From Candidatus Limnocylindrales bacterium (lineage in GTDB: Bacteria; Chloroflexota; Limnocylindria; Limnocylindrales; CSP1-4), in contig DASTIE010000001.1 of the NCBI GenBank assembly GCA_035717865.1, positions 1 to 61,245 of the forward strand: a stretch of DNA of 61,245 nt, in the 5' to 3' direction. This document shows, piece by piece, positions 1 through 7,882 of the stretch. Below the pieces are notes generated by a model, which was not told where the DNA came from, made no database searches, and saw only the letters and a list, made by a program, of their open reading frames with translations. The position numbers and the translations under genes are program-made. Position 1 is the first letter of the stretch. Each line of letters begins with the position of its first letter.

Positions 1-2
1 CG

Positions 3-752
3 GCGCTCCACGCGGCCGACGTCGCCGTCGCGATGGGCAGCGGGACCGCGGTTGCCAAGGAAGCGTCCGACCTCGTCCTCGGCGACGACTCGTTCGCGAG
101 CCTCGTCTTCGGCGTCGGCGAGGGGCGCCGGATCGTGGACAACGTCCAGAAGGGCCTCGTCTTCCTCACCTCCACCCACGTCGCGCTGCTCGGCTTCATC
201 CTCGTCGCGACGATCGTCGGCTTCAGCCAGCCGCTCCTGCCGATCCAGATCCTGTGGCTCGAGCTGTTCATCGACCTTTCGACCTCGGTGGCGTTCGAGC
301 GCGAGCCGGCAGAGCCGGACCTCATGACTCGCCCCCCGCGGCACACCTCCCAGCCGTTGCTCAGCGGCGGGCTTCTCGGCCGGATCACGCTGGCCGGCGG
401 CCTGTCCGTGCTTGGAGCGATGGCCCTGCTGGCGCTGGATCCGGCCGGGCTGGGGCACGGCCAGTGGCTCGCGTACACGACGCTCGTGTGCGCGCAGGCG
501 GTGCGTGCCTACGCCAACCGCAGCCTCGTGGCGCCGGTCGCGAGGCTCGGCAGGAATGGCGTCCTCCTCGTCGCCTGCGTGATCGTGGTCGCCGTCCAGG
601 TGGCGATCCCGGCGATCCCGCCCCTGGCGGAGGCGTTCCGTGCCGTGCCGCTGACGGCCCTGGAGTGGCTGCTCGTTGCTGCGATCGCGCTCGCCCCTGC
701 GGCCCTTGCCGAGGCCGTGCGCGCAAACGGCCGCGGTCCCTGGGTCGCCTGA
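3..752 (+). CDS. P-type cation-transporting ATPase, C-terminal fragment (5' end outside window)
   Basis: The frame of ORF 33..752 stays open to the window edge. The translation ..AADVAVAMGSGTAVAKEASDLVLGDDSF.. is the P-type ATPase hinge motif and is followed by several hydrophobic helices. Confidence 0.85.
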   Translation, partial: ALHAADVAVAMGSGTAVAKEASDLVLGDDSFASLVFGVGEGRRIVDNVQKGLVFLTSTHVALLGFILVATIVGFSQPLLPIQILWLELFIDLSTSVAFEREPAEPDLMTRPPRHTSQPLLSGGLLGRITLAGGLSVLGAMALLALDPAGLGHGQWLAYTTLVCAQAVRAYANRSLVAPVARLGRNGVLLVACVIVVAVQVAIPAIPPLAEAFRAVPLTALEWLLVAAIALAPAALAEAVRANGRGPWVA

Positions 753-844
753 CCTCGGCCTTGCCCGGGCGTCATGCCCACGACACGGCGAGTCGCCCCC
801 CGATCGTTCTCTGGAGTCGCCGCTTGGCAAGGCTCGCCTGAAAG

Positions 845-874
845 CCGACGGCCCCGCCGAAGCGGGGCCGTCGG
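845..874. terminator. Bidirectional intrinsic-terminator-like hairpin
   Basis: Perfect 13-bp stem CCGACGGCCCCGC/GCGGGGCCGTCGG with a CGAA loop. It lies between convergent stops (752 and 892) and is flanked by AAA on one side and TT on the other. Confidence 0.7.
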
Positions 875-891
875 TTCGCGTGGGTCCGAGG

Positions 892-1245
892 TTACAGGCA
901 GCCGCTGACGATGCCGTGCGACTTGTCCTGGTTCACACCCTTCAGGCAGTACGCGGAGTGTCCGAGCAGCGACTCGGAAAACCCGTTCTGGTAGTTGCCG
1001 TTGGCTGCGGGGAGCCCGTTGTTGACGGACTCCTCTCCGCCGGGCGCCGCGAAGCCCCAGGCCTCGACCGGCACGCCGATGCTCGGCAGCCAGGCCCAGT
1101 TGCCCTCGATCACCGGGCCTTCGCATGTCGGGTGACAGGCCGGCGCGGCGCGGCTGAGGTTGAGGCAGCTATCGGCGAATGCGGTGCCGGCGATGGCCAG
1201 GCTGAGCGCAAGCCCGAAAGCCGTTCCGAGGAGACGTCGTCGCAT
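892..1245 (-). CDS. Secreted Cys-containing protein of unknown function (117 aa)
   Basis: ORF 892..1299 trimmed to the ATG at 1245, which is preceded by GGAGGA with 5-nt spacing. MRRRLLGTAFGLALSLAIAGTAFA|DSC looks like a Sec signal peptide. The mature part is ~93 aa with 5 Cys. No family recognised. Confidence 0.6.
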   Translation of the reverse strand: MRRRLLGTAFGLALSLAIAGTAFADSCLNLSRAAPACHPTCEGPVIEGNWAWLPSIGVPVEAWGFAAPGGEESVNNGLPAANGNYQNGFSESLLGHSAYCLKGVNQDKSHGIVSGCL

Positions 1246-1363
1246 GCAGATCCTCCGTTGCTCTTGGGGCGCGAGTGAGGCGGCCGGGAGGCCGCGCATG
1301 ATTGCCTACGAGGGTAGGACTCGCTCGCAGTGCCGGCCTTGCGGGCGCCTATCATCCCGGCGC

Positions 1364-2698
1364 ATGTCGAACGTCTTCCGCCGGTCGCTCGATGCCGCAC
1401 TCCCGGTTGCCGTCCGAGCGAAGGACTCGACCATCTGGGACGCGGCCGGCCGCGCCTACCTCGACGCGGCTGGCGGCGCGATCGTCGTCGGCGTGGGGCA
1501 TGGCCGGGAGTCCGTCGCGCGGGTCATGGCGGAGCAGGCGTCGCGGGTCGCCTATGCGCACGGCACGGCGTTTACGAGCGAGGCCCTCGAGCGTTACGCG
1601 GCCGCCCTGGCCCCGCACCTGCCGCTGGACGACCCCGCGATCTACCCCGTCGCCGGCGGCTCGGAGGCGATGGAATCGGCGCTCAAGCTCGTCCGCTCGT
1701 ACCACGCGGCACGTGGGGAGGCGGAGCGCTGGATCGTGATCGCCCGCTGGGGCAGCTACCACGGCAACTCGCTCGGCGCCCTTGACCTGTCGGGCCGGAA
1801 GCCCCTGCGACGTCCGTACGAGGCGTGGCTCGGGCGCTTCCGGCACGTCTCCGCGGCCTATCCGTACCGCGCAGGGGAGCCCGGCGCGAATGCCCTGGGC
1901 GACGCCGACGAGCTCGCCGCGGAGCTGGAGCGCGCGATCGAGGCGGCGGAGCCTGGGACGGTCGCCGCGTTCTTCGCCGAGCCGATCGTCGGCGCCACGC
2001 TGGCCGCCGCGGTCCCTCCGGACGGCTACTGGCAGAAGATCGCGGAGGTCTGCCGGCGCCACGGCGTGCTGCTCGTCGCGGACGAGGTGATGACCGGGTT
2101 CGGGCGCACCGGGCGCTGGTTCGGCATGGACCACTGGGGGGTTCGGCCCGACATCGTGGTCGGCGCGAAGGGCGGCACGTCCGGCTACTTCCCGTTCGGG
2201 TTCGTGGCGGCCTCAGGCGCCGTGGCGGGCGCCGTGCTGGCGGAGCCGCCGGGCTTCGTGCACGGGTTCACCTACTCGCACCACGCCGTCGGCGCTGCGG
2301 TGGCCGGCGAGGTCCTTCGCATCCTCGAGGACGAGCAGCTGGTCCAGGCCAGCGCCGCCAAGGGTGAGCGACTCCGGGCCCTGCTCCATGAGCGCCTCGA
2401 CGATCACCCGAACGTCGGTGAGATCCGCGGGCGCGGGCTGCTGGTCGGGGTGGAGCTCGTCGCGGATCGCGAGACCCGGACGCCGTTTCCGCGCGGCGAG
2501 CGATTGACCGAGCGCGTCCTGGGCGCGGCGCGCGAGAACGGGCTCCTGCTCTACTCCGGCACGGGGCTCGCGGACGGCACCAACGGCGATTCGATCCTGC
2601 TCGGGCCGCCGTTCGTCGTCACGGACGCCGAGCTCGAGCAGATCGCGGAGGGGCTGACGAGCGCGATCCGGACCGCGACCGCCGCCGCGGTGGCGTAG
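1364..2698 (+). CDS. Class-III PLP-dependent aminotransferase (omega-aminotransferase family)
   Basis: ORF 1160..2698 trimmed to the ATG at 1364. Motifs: ..DAAGGAIVVGVGHGR.., ..ADEVMTGFGRTGRWFG.., ..GAKGGTSGYFPFG... Confidence 0.85.
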   Translation: MSNVFRRSLDAALPVAVRAKDSTIWDAAGRAYLDAAGGAIVVGVGHGRESVARVMAEQASRVAYAHGTAFTSEALERYAAALAPHLPLDDPAIYPVAGGSEAMESALKLVRSYHAARGEAERWIVIARWGSYHGNSLGALDLSGRKPLRRPYEAWLGRFRHVSAAYPYRAGEPGANALGDADELAAELERAIEAAEPGTVAAFFAEPIVGATLAAAVPPDGYWQKIAEVCRRHGVLLVADEVMTGFGRTGRWFGMDHWGVRPDIVVGAKGGTSGYFPFGFVAASGAVAGAVLAEPPGFVHGFTYSHHAVGAAVAGEVLRILEDEQLVQASAAKGERLRALLHERLDDHPNVGEIRGRGLLVGVELVADRETRTPFPRGERLTERVLGAARENGLLLYSGTGLADGTNGDSILLGPPFVVTDAELEQIAEGLTSAIRTATAAAVA

Positions 2699-2713
2699 CC
2701 CTCGGACGCGGCT

Positions 2714-2753
2714 GCGCAGCCCTCAGGCGCGCCGGCGCAGCCCTCAGGCGCGC
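2714..2753. repeat. Two tandem copies of the 19-nt unit GCGCAGCCCTCAGGCGCGC (21-nt period)
   Basis: Perfect copies at 2714..2732 and 2735..2753. The second copy contains the stop codon (2744..2746, minus strand) of the membrane-protein gene. Confidence 0.9.
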
Positions 2754-3304
2754 GACCGGTCGCGGGTCAGGAGCACCAGTCCCACGACCACCAGCAGCAC
2801 CGGCAGGATGACGCTCGAGAGCGTCGGCAGGATCATCTGCGAGCCGCCGAGCGCCGCCAGCACCAGCCCGATGGCCGCCTGCCAGCCGACCCCGCCGCCG
2901 CGCGTCACGCGCACCAGCGCGATGAACAGGAAGGCCAGCCCGAAGCAGAGCGTCCCGAAGCCCGGCCCCGGATTGACGTTCAGGCCTTCGACGAGGCCCG
3001 GGATCGCCGACGCGGTGAGGAACGACCCGGCGTAGAGCGCGAACGTGCCCTTCCGCAGCAGCCAGATGATCAGGAACGCGAGGCCCGCCGCGAGCACGAG
3101 CAGGTTCGTCGCGGTGATGTACTGCGGCAGGGCCTCCCGCACGAGGAGCAGCGCGCCGAACACAACCAGGAAGACCCCGATCCAGGGCAGGCGCGGGCGG
3201 CGGTCCTCCTCGCGACCCCACTCCCAGCCGTAGACCCGGATCGGGCCCGACTCCGGTGGGATCGTGTCCTTCAGCGGATCCGGTTCGCGGTCTGGCGTGT
3301 CCAT
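2744..3304 (-). CDS. Integral membrane protein, unknown function (186 aa)
   Basis: Polar N-terminus followed by about 5 hydrophobic helices, with coding-like GC3. No family recognised. Confidence 0.6.
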   Translation of the reverse strand: MDTPDREPDPLKDTIPPESGPIRVYGWEWGREEDRRPRLPWIGVFLVVFGALLLVREALPQYITATNLLVLAAGLAFLIIWLLRKGTFALYAGSFLTASAIPGLVEGLNVNPGPGFGTLCFGLAFLFIALVRVTRGGGVGWQAAIGLVLAALGGSQMILPTLSSVILPVLLVVVGLVLLTRDRSRA

Positions 3305-3350
3305 GCGTCCCTCCCAAGGTCCCTCGACGCGGCCAGCCTACGCCGCCCGC

Positions 3351-3438
3351 GCGGCGGGGATCAGGCCCGTTCGCCGGCGATCAGGCGGGCGCGGCCGGGC
3401 TCAGGCCGGCGCGGCGGGGATCAGGCCGGCGCGGCGGC
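3351..3438. repeat. Four tandem ~20-nt units (consensus GATCAGGCCGGCGCGGCGGG)
   Basis: The (G/C)ATCAGG or GCTCAGG core recurs at 3359, 3379, 3399 and 3419. A 17-nt block GCGGCGGGGATCAGGCC is identical at 3351 and 3411. The last unit carries the MMPL stop codon (3421..3423). Confidence 0.85.
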
Positions 3439-5790
3439 GTGCTCGCTGGGCGAGTCCGGTCCCCCGGACACGGCCGCGAGATCCTCCTCGTCCTCGACGT
3501 GGCTGAACCCGAACCGCGCCGCCAGCCGGCCGAGCGGGCCCGGCGCCCACCAGTTCCAGTCACCCAGGAGGCGCATCGTCGCGGGAACCAGCAGGACCCG
3601 GATGATCGTCGCGTCCAGCAGCACGGCGAGCGCCATGCCGACGCCGATGCTCTTGATCGTCACCGTATCGGCGAGGGCGAACGCCGCGAACACGGTGACC
3701 ATGATCAGCGCCGCGCCGGTGATCACCCCGGCGGTTCGAGCGAGCCCATCCGCCACGGCGGCGGCGTTGTCGCCGGTCCGGCGGTACGACTCCTGGATCC
3801 TCGACAGGAGCAGGACCTCGTAGTCCATGGACAGCCCGATGAGGGTCGCGAACATGATGATCGGGTTGCCGGCGATCGTGTACCCGAGCGGCTCGAAGCT
3901 GAGCAGCTCCCGGAGGTTGCCCTCCTGGAAGATCCAGACGAGCGCCCCGAAGCTCGCGGTGAGCGACAGCAGCGTCATCAGGACCGCCTTGATCGGGATC
4001 GCGAGGGACCCGAAGAGCAGGAACAGGATCAGCGCGGAGGCGAGCAGCGTCGTCCCCACGGCCCACGGGATTCGCTCGGACTGGCTGAGCAGGAAGTCCT
4101 CGCCGAGAGCGGCCCCGCCGCCGACCTGCATCCGCTCGATTGCGGCGGCGTCCAGGGCGACGCCACGGACCTTCGAGACCACCGCGGTTCCTTCGGGCTC
4201 CGAGGGGTTGAAGGAGCTGATCGCATCGAGCCGCACGGTGCCGTCGCGGAGGTACGCCTCGCGCAGGGCCGCCAGCGCCGCCGCGAGCTCCGGTGGCAGG
4301 GCCTCGGGCGACGCCGCGTAGGCCTGGGCCAGCTCGTCCGCGGTCATCGGCGCGCCGGTGGCCGGGTTCGGGAGCGAGAACGGCCCCTCCACCCGGTCGA
4401 TGCCCTCGACACCCTCGAGGCGATCCGCCACGGCGCTGACGGCGGCGATGGATTCCGCGGACACCTCGTCGCCCTTCGTGTCGAGCAGGACGATCACGGG
4501 CGTCGTCTCGCCGGCGCGGAACTCCGTCTGGAGCGCGACCCACGCGTCACGGCTCGGGACGCCCGCCGGCATGACCGTGGCGTCCGGGATGCCCTGCTTG
4601 AGCCCGAGGAACGGCGATCCCACGAGCAGCAGGAAGGCCAGCGTCGGCACGAGGACCGCGATGGGATGCCGCATCACCCAGTGGGCCACGGCCTCCCAGC
4701 GGGAGTGGCGCTCCGCGGCCGGGTCGTCGCGCCGCAACCCCAGCCGCCGCAGGAGCCCGGCGACGGACAGCGCGTTCACGCGATGCCCCAGCATGCCGAG
4801 GATCGCCGGCAGGAAGATGAGGCTGTAGAACACGGACGCGAGCACGACGATCGCCCCACCGAGCCCGATGGACGACAGGCCGCTGGCCTGGAACCACAGC
4901 AGCCCGGACAGGCCGATCGCGACGGCGATCCCCGAGAACAGCACGGCCTTCCCGGCGGTGCCGACGGCACGCTCCACGGCCTGCTCGACCGTTCGGCCGC
5001 GGCGCAGCTCCTCGCGGAAGCGGCTCGTCAGGAAGAGCGAGTAGTCGATCGCGAGCGCGAGGCCGAGCATCGTGGCGATGTTCAGGACGTAGATGCTCAT
5101 CTCGGTCTGCTGCGCGACGAGGTTGATGATCCCGACCGAGGTCGGGATCGCCAGCGCGGCGACGAGCAGCGGCATCCCGGCGGCGACGAGCGACCCGAAG
5201 ACGAGGATCAGGACGAGCGCCGCGATCGGGAGGGAGACGGTCTCCGCGCGCACGAGGTCGCTCTCGGACAGCTCCGCGGACGCCTGCTGGATCGGCCCGA
5301 AGCCCGTCAGCTGGGCGCTGTAGCCCCCCGGGAGCGCGCCCTCGATCGCGGCCTGCACCGGGTCGACCAGGTCGATCGAGCTGTCCTCGTCGAGGTCGAG
5401 GCCGATGACGACGTACGCGGCGTCGCCGGCCTTGCTGATGAATCGATCGTCAAGCGTCTCGGCGTAGCCCGTGACGCCGGTGATGCCCTCGATGTCCTCG
5501 ACCGGCGCGAGGGTGTCCGCGATGGCGCCCTGGAACGCGGCGGAGGTCGCGTCGGCGCCGGCTACGGTCGATCGGAAGAGCGCGATGAAGGCCGACCGGC
5601 CGCCGCCGAAGTCCGCCTCCAGCCGATCGGCGACCTGGGCAGATTCCGAGCCCGGGTCGAGCCAGCCGCCGGTCGAGAGGCTGTCCGCCGCGCCCTGGCC
5701 GAGCGCTCCGAAGCCCACGGCGATGACCACAGCGAGCATGGCGAGCCAGCGACGGCGGCGATAGACGAACGCGCCCCAGCGGGTGAACAA
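3421..5790 (-). CDS. MMPL/RND-superfamily transporter
   Basis: 789 aa with two 6-TM bundles, each preceded by a large soluble loop. Duplicated motifs ..DYSLFLTSRFREEL.. and ..DYEVLLLSRIQE... TTG start at 5790 preceded by GGAGGA. Confidence 0.85.
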   Translation of the reverse strand: MFTRWGAFVYRRRRWLAMLAVVIAVGFGALGQGAADSLSTGGWLDPGSESAQVADRLEADFGGGRSAFIALFRSTVAGADATSAAFQGAIADTLAPVEDIEGITGVTGYAETLDDRFISKAGDAAYVVIGLDLDEDSSIDLVDPVQAAIEGALPGGYSAQLTGFGPIQQASAELSESDLVRAETVSLPIAALVLILVFGSLVAAGMPLLVAALAIPTSVGIINLVAQQTEMSIYVLNIATMLGLALAIDYSLFLTSRFREELRRGRTVEQAVERAVGTAGKAVLFSGIAVAIGLSGLLWFQASGLSSIGLGGAIVVLASVFYSLIFLPAILGMLGHRVNALSVAGLLRRLGLRRDDPAAERHSRWEAVAHWVMRHPIAVLVPTLAFLLLVGSPFLGLKQGIPDATVMPAGVPSRDAWVALQTEFRAGETTPVIVLLDTKGDEVSAESIAAVSAVADRLEGVEGIDRVEGPFSLPNPATGAPMTADELAQAYAASPEALPPELAAALAALREAYLRDGTVRLDAISSFNPSEPEGTAVVSKVRGVALDAAAIERMQVGGGAALGEDFLLSQSERIPWAVGTTLLASALILFLLFGSLAIPIKAVLMTLLSLTASFGALVWIFQEGNLRELLSFEPLGYTIAGNPIIMFATLIGLSMDYEVLLLSRIQESYRRTGDNAAAVADGLARTAGVITGAALIMVTVFAAFALADTVTIKSIGVGMALAVLLDATIIRVLLVPATMRLLGDWNWWAPGPLGRLAARFGFSHVEDEEDLAAVSGGPDSPSEHAAAPA

Positions 5791-5838
5791 GCGGGTCCTC
5801 CGACGGAAGTTAGAGGTGGGGAAGGTGGCCGGACGTGC

Positions 5839-6336
5839 CTAGGAGACGCCGACCTCCCAGCCCTTCGGCTCGGCCGAGCTCGCGGCGGTGGATTCGTCCA
5901 GCAGCGTCGTCTCGACGGACAGCTCGACGTTCCCGACGAGGGCCTTCGAGATCGGGCAGTTGTCGCGGGCGTCCTCGGCGATCGTGCCGAATGTCGCCTG
6001 GTCGATTCCGGGCACGAGCCCCCGCACCTTGAGCGCCGAGGTCGTGACCTTCCAGGCGCCCTCGACCTGGGCGAACGTGACCTCCGCGGTGACGTCGAGC
6101 TTCGTGGCCGGCGTGCCGTTCTTTGCGAGGCGGGCGCTGAAGGCCATCGAGAAGCAGCTTGCGTGGGCTGCGGCGAGCAGCTCCTCCGGGCTGGTCTTGC
6201 CGTTGTGCTGGCTGGTGCGCGAGGCCCAGCTCACCGGCAGCCGCGAGAGCACGCCGCTCGAGACGTAGTTGATCAATCCCGAGCCGGTCTGCAGGTCGCC
6301 GTGCCACGTCACCATCGCGGTGCGCATCTCAGCCAT
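5839..6336 (-). CDS. OsmC/Ohr-family peroxiredoxin
   Basis: ..SPEELLAAAHASCFSMAF.. and ..DNCPISKAL.. carry the two conserved Cys of the OsmC family. Confidence 0.85.
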   Translation of the reverse strand: MAEMRTAMVTWHGDLQTGSGLINYVSSGVLSRLPVSWASRTSQHNGKTSPEELLAAAHASCFSMAFSARLAKNGTPATKLDVTAEVTFAQVEGAWKVTTSALKVRGLVPGIDQATFGTIAEDARDNCPISKALVGNVELSVETTLLDESTAASSAEPKGWEVGVS

Positions 6337-6500
6337 GAAAGTCTCCTGGGTGGGTGGTCAGTCGTCGTTCGGCCCAATGCTCCCACGGCCGCGCCGCGCA
6401 CGCCGAACGAGGGTCGCTGGCTGATTGCAGCGTGGTCGTTGCGAAGCCAGGGGAGCACACCCGCGCGCTGTAATCGACCGTCCGGCGAGGATCTGCTGGC

Positions 6501-7880
6501 GTGCAGCAACCCGCGTTGGTTACGGGCGCCCACGCGCCCTTCCTCCCAACCCGCGTCCTGAGCGTCGACATCGACGCTCCACTTCCGTCTGCCCTCGACG
6601 AGGTGGCGCGAGATGGCGTCGCGTACGAGAGGGCGTCCGTGCTGGTGCGCGTCCACTCCCAGCCCGTTGGCCTGGTGGCGTTCGACCTGTCGCAGGGCAC
6701 GTTCTCGCGCGAACGGCTGGCCGAGGCCATCGACACGGCGCTCGGAGATCGGATCCGTCGCCATCTTGCCGCCGACGGCCTGCCCGTGGCCTGGCGCTCG
6801 ACCGCGGAGGCCCGCGAGACGGAGAACGACCGGCAGCCTGCGGCTCTACTCCCCCGGTGCCTCGCCGCTCGTGCCGCCGCGCTGCAGGACGCGCCATCGG
6901 TGACGGTCGTCATTCCGAGCGTGGATCGGCCGGAGGCGCTGCGCGCCTGCCTCGAGGCTGTCCTCGCCCAGTCGCTGCCGGCGTTCGAGATCGTCGTCGT
7001 GGACAACGCCCCAGGTGAGAGCGGTGCCAAACAGGTCGTCGACTTGCTCGATCCCGGCTCGCGGACGCTGCGCTACGAGCCGGAATCACGCCGTGGAGCG
7101 TCGCGTGCCCGCAACCGCGGTCTCGCCGCCGCGTCGGGGGGGATCGTCGCCTTCATCGACGGCGATGCCCGACCGGACCGTGACTGGCTCGCGGCCGTCG
7201 TTGCGACGATGGCGGCGCCGCTCGAAGGCGGCCAGCTGCCGACGTGTGTCACCGGGCCGATCCTGCCGGACGACCTCGCGTCGGCGCCCCAGCAGTGGCT
7301 GGAGGAATGGGGCGGCTTCGCGAAAGGCTTCGAACGACGCGTCTTCGATCGCCGGAAGCACACGACAGGTAGCCCGCTGTATCCCTTCGCCGCCGGCACG
7401 TTCGGATCCGGCGCCAACATGACCTTCCGGGCCTCGGCGCTGCGGCGCCTCGGGGCGTTCGATGTCGCCCTCGGGCCCGGGACGCCAGCCCGCGGCGGCG
7501 AGGATCTCGCGGCCTTCGTGGAGGTCGTCACGAGCGGCGGCACGATCGTCTACGAGCCCGCGGCAATCGTCTGGCACCGCCACCACGAGACCGAGGGGCA
7601 GTTCCGCGCCACCATTCGCGCCTACGGCACGGGGCTGGTCGCCTATCTGACGCGCCACGCGTCGCGCCACCCGGCTGATGGCCTCCGCATGGCGTTCGCG
7701 ATGCCCGCAGCGCTGGCGTACTTCTTCCGTTCCGGCTCACCGAGGAACAGGGGACGATCGGCCCGCTTCCCCTCCGGGCTCTGGAGGGACGAGGTCGCGG
7801 GAATGCTGCAGGGGCCGTTTGCGTACGCGCTCGGGCGGGCCGCCGCACGAGGGAGCCGGCGCTCCGGCGCGCGCCGCTAG
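6501..7880 (+). CDS. Family-2 glycosyltransferase (GT-A fold) with an N-terminal extension
   Basis: ..VTVVIPSVDRPEALRACLEAVLAQSLPAFEIVVVDNAP.. and ..IVAFIDGDARPDRDWL.. (DxD). GTG start. First gene of a coupled operon. Confidence 0.8.
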   Translation: MQQPALVTGAHAPFLPTRVLSVDIDAPLPSALDEVARDGVAYERASVLVRVHSQPVGLVAFDLSQGTFSRERLAEAIDTALGDRIRRHLAADGLPVAWRSTAEARETENDRQPAALLPRCLAARAAALQDAPSVTVVIPSVDRPEALRACLEAVLAQSLPAFEIVVVDNAPGESGAKQVVDLLDPGSRTLRYEPESRRGASRARNRGLAAASGGIVAFIDGDARPDRDWLAAVVATMAAPLEGGQLPTCVTGPILPDDLASAPQQWLEEWGGFAKGFERRVFDRRKHTTGSPLYPFAAGTFGSGANMTFRASALRRLGAFDVALGPGTPARGGEDLAAFVEVVTSGGTIVYEPAAIVWHRHHETEGQFRATIRAYGTGLVAYLTRHASRHPADGLRMAFAMPAALAYFFRSGSPRNRGRSARFPSGLWRDEVAGMLQGPFAYALGRAAARGSRRSGARR

Positions 7881-7882
7881 GC

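Noticed and set aside
1160-1363. 68-codon N-terminal extension of the aminotransferase ORF (and similar extensions at 10511, 11404, 13481, 37259, 44709, 51316, 23572..23694 and 24659..24820)
   Set aside because: The extensions overlap neighbouring genes or intergenic regions and are Arg-rich. Internal starts coincide with SD sequences, ATGA/GTGA junctions or the beginning of family homology.
3351-3438. CRISPR array (also considered for 2714..2753 and 18157..18609)
   Set aside because: There are only 2-4 contiguous units without spacers, and no cas genes. The 18-kb repeat is in-frame coding sequence for a Pro/Thr linker.
3256-6561. 1101-aa plus-strand ORF spanning the MMPL and OsmC region
   Set aside because: It is antisense to two well-supported genes. 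The product is Arg/Asp/Glu/His/Gly-rich low complexity with no motifs or TM segments, which is typical of a high-GC shadow ORF.
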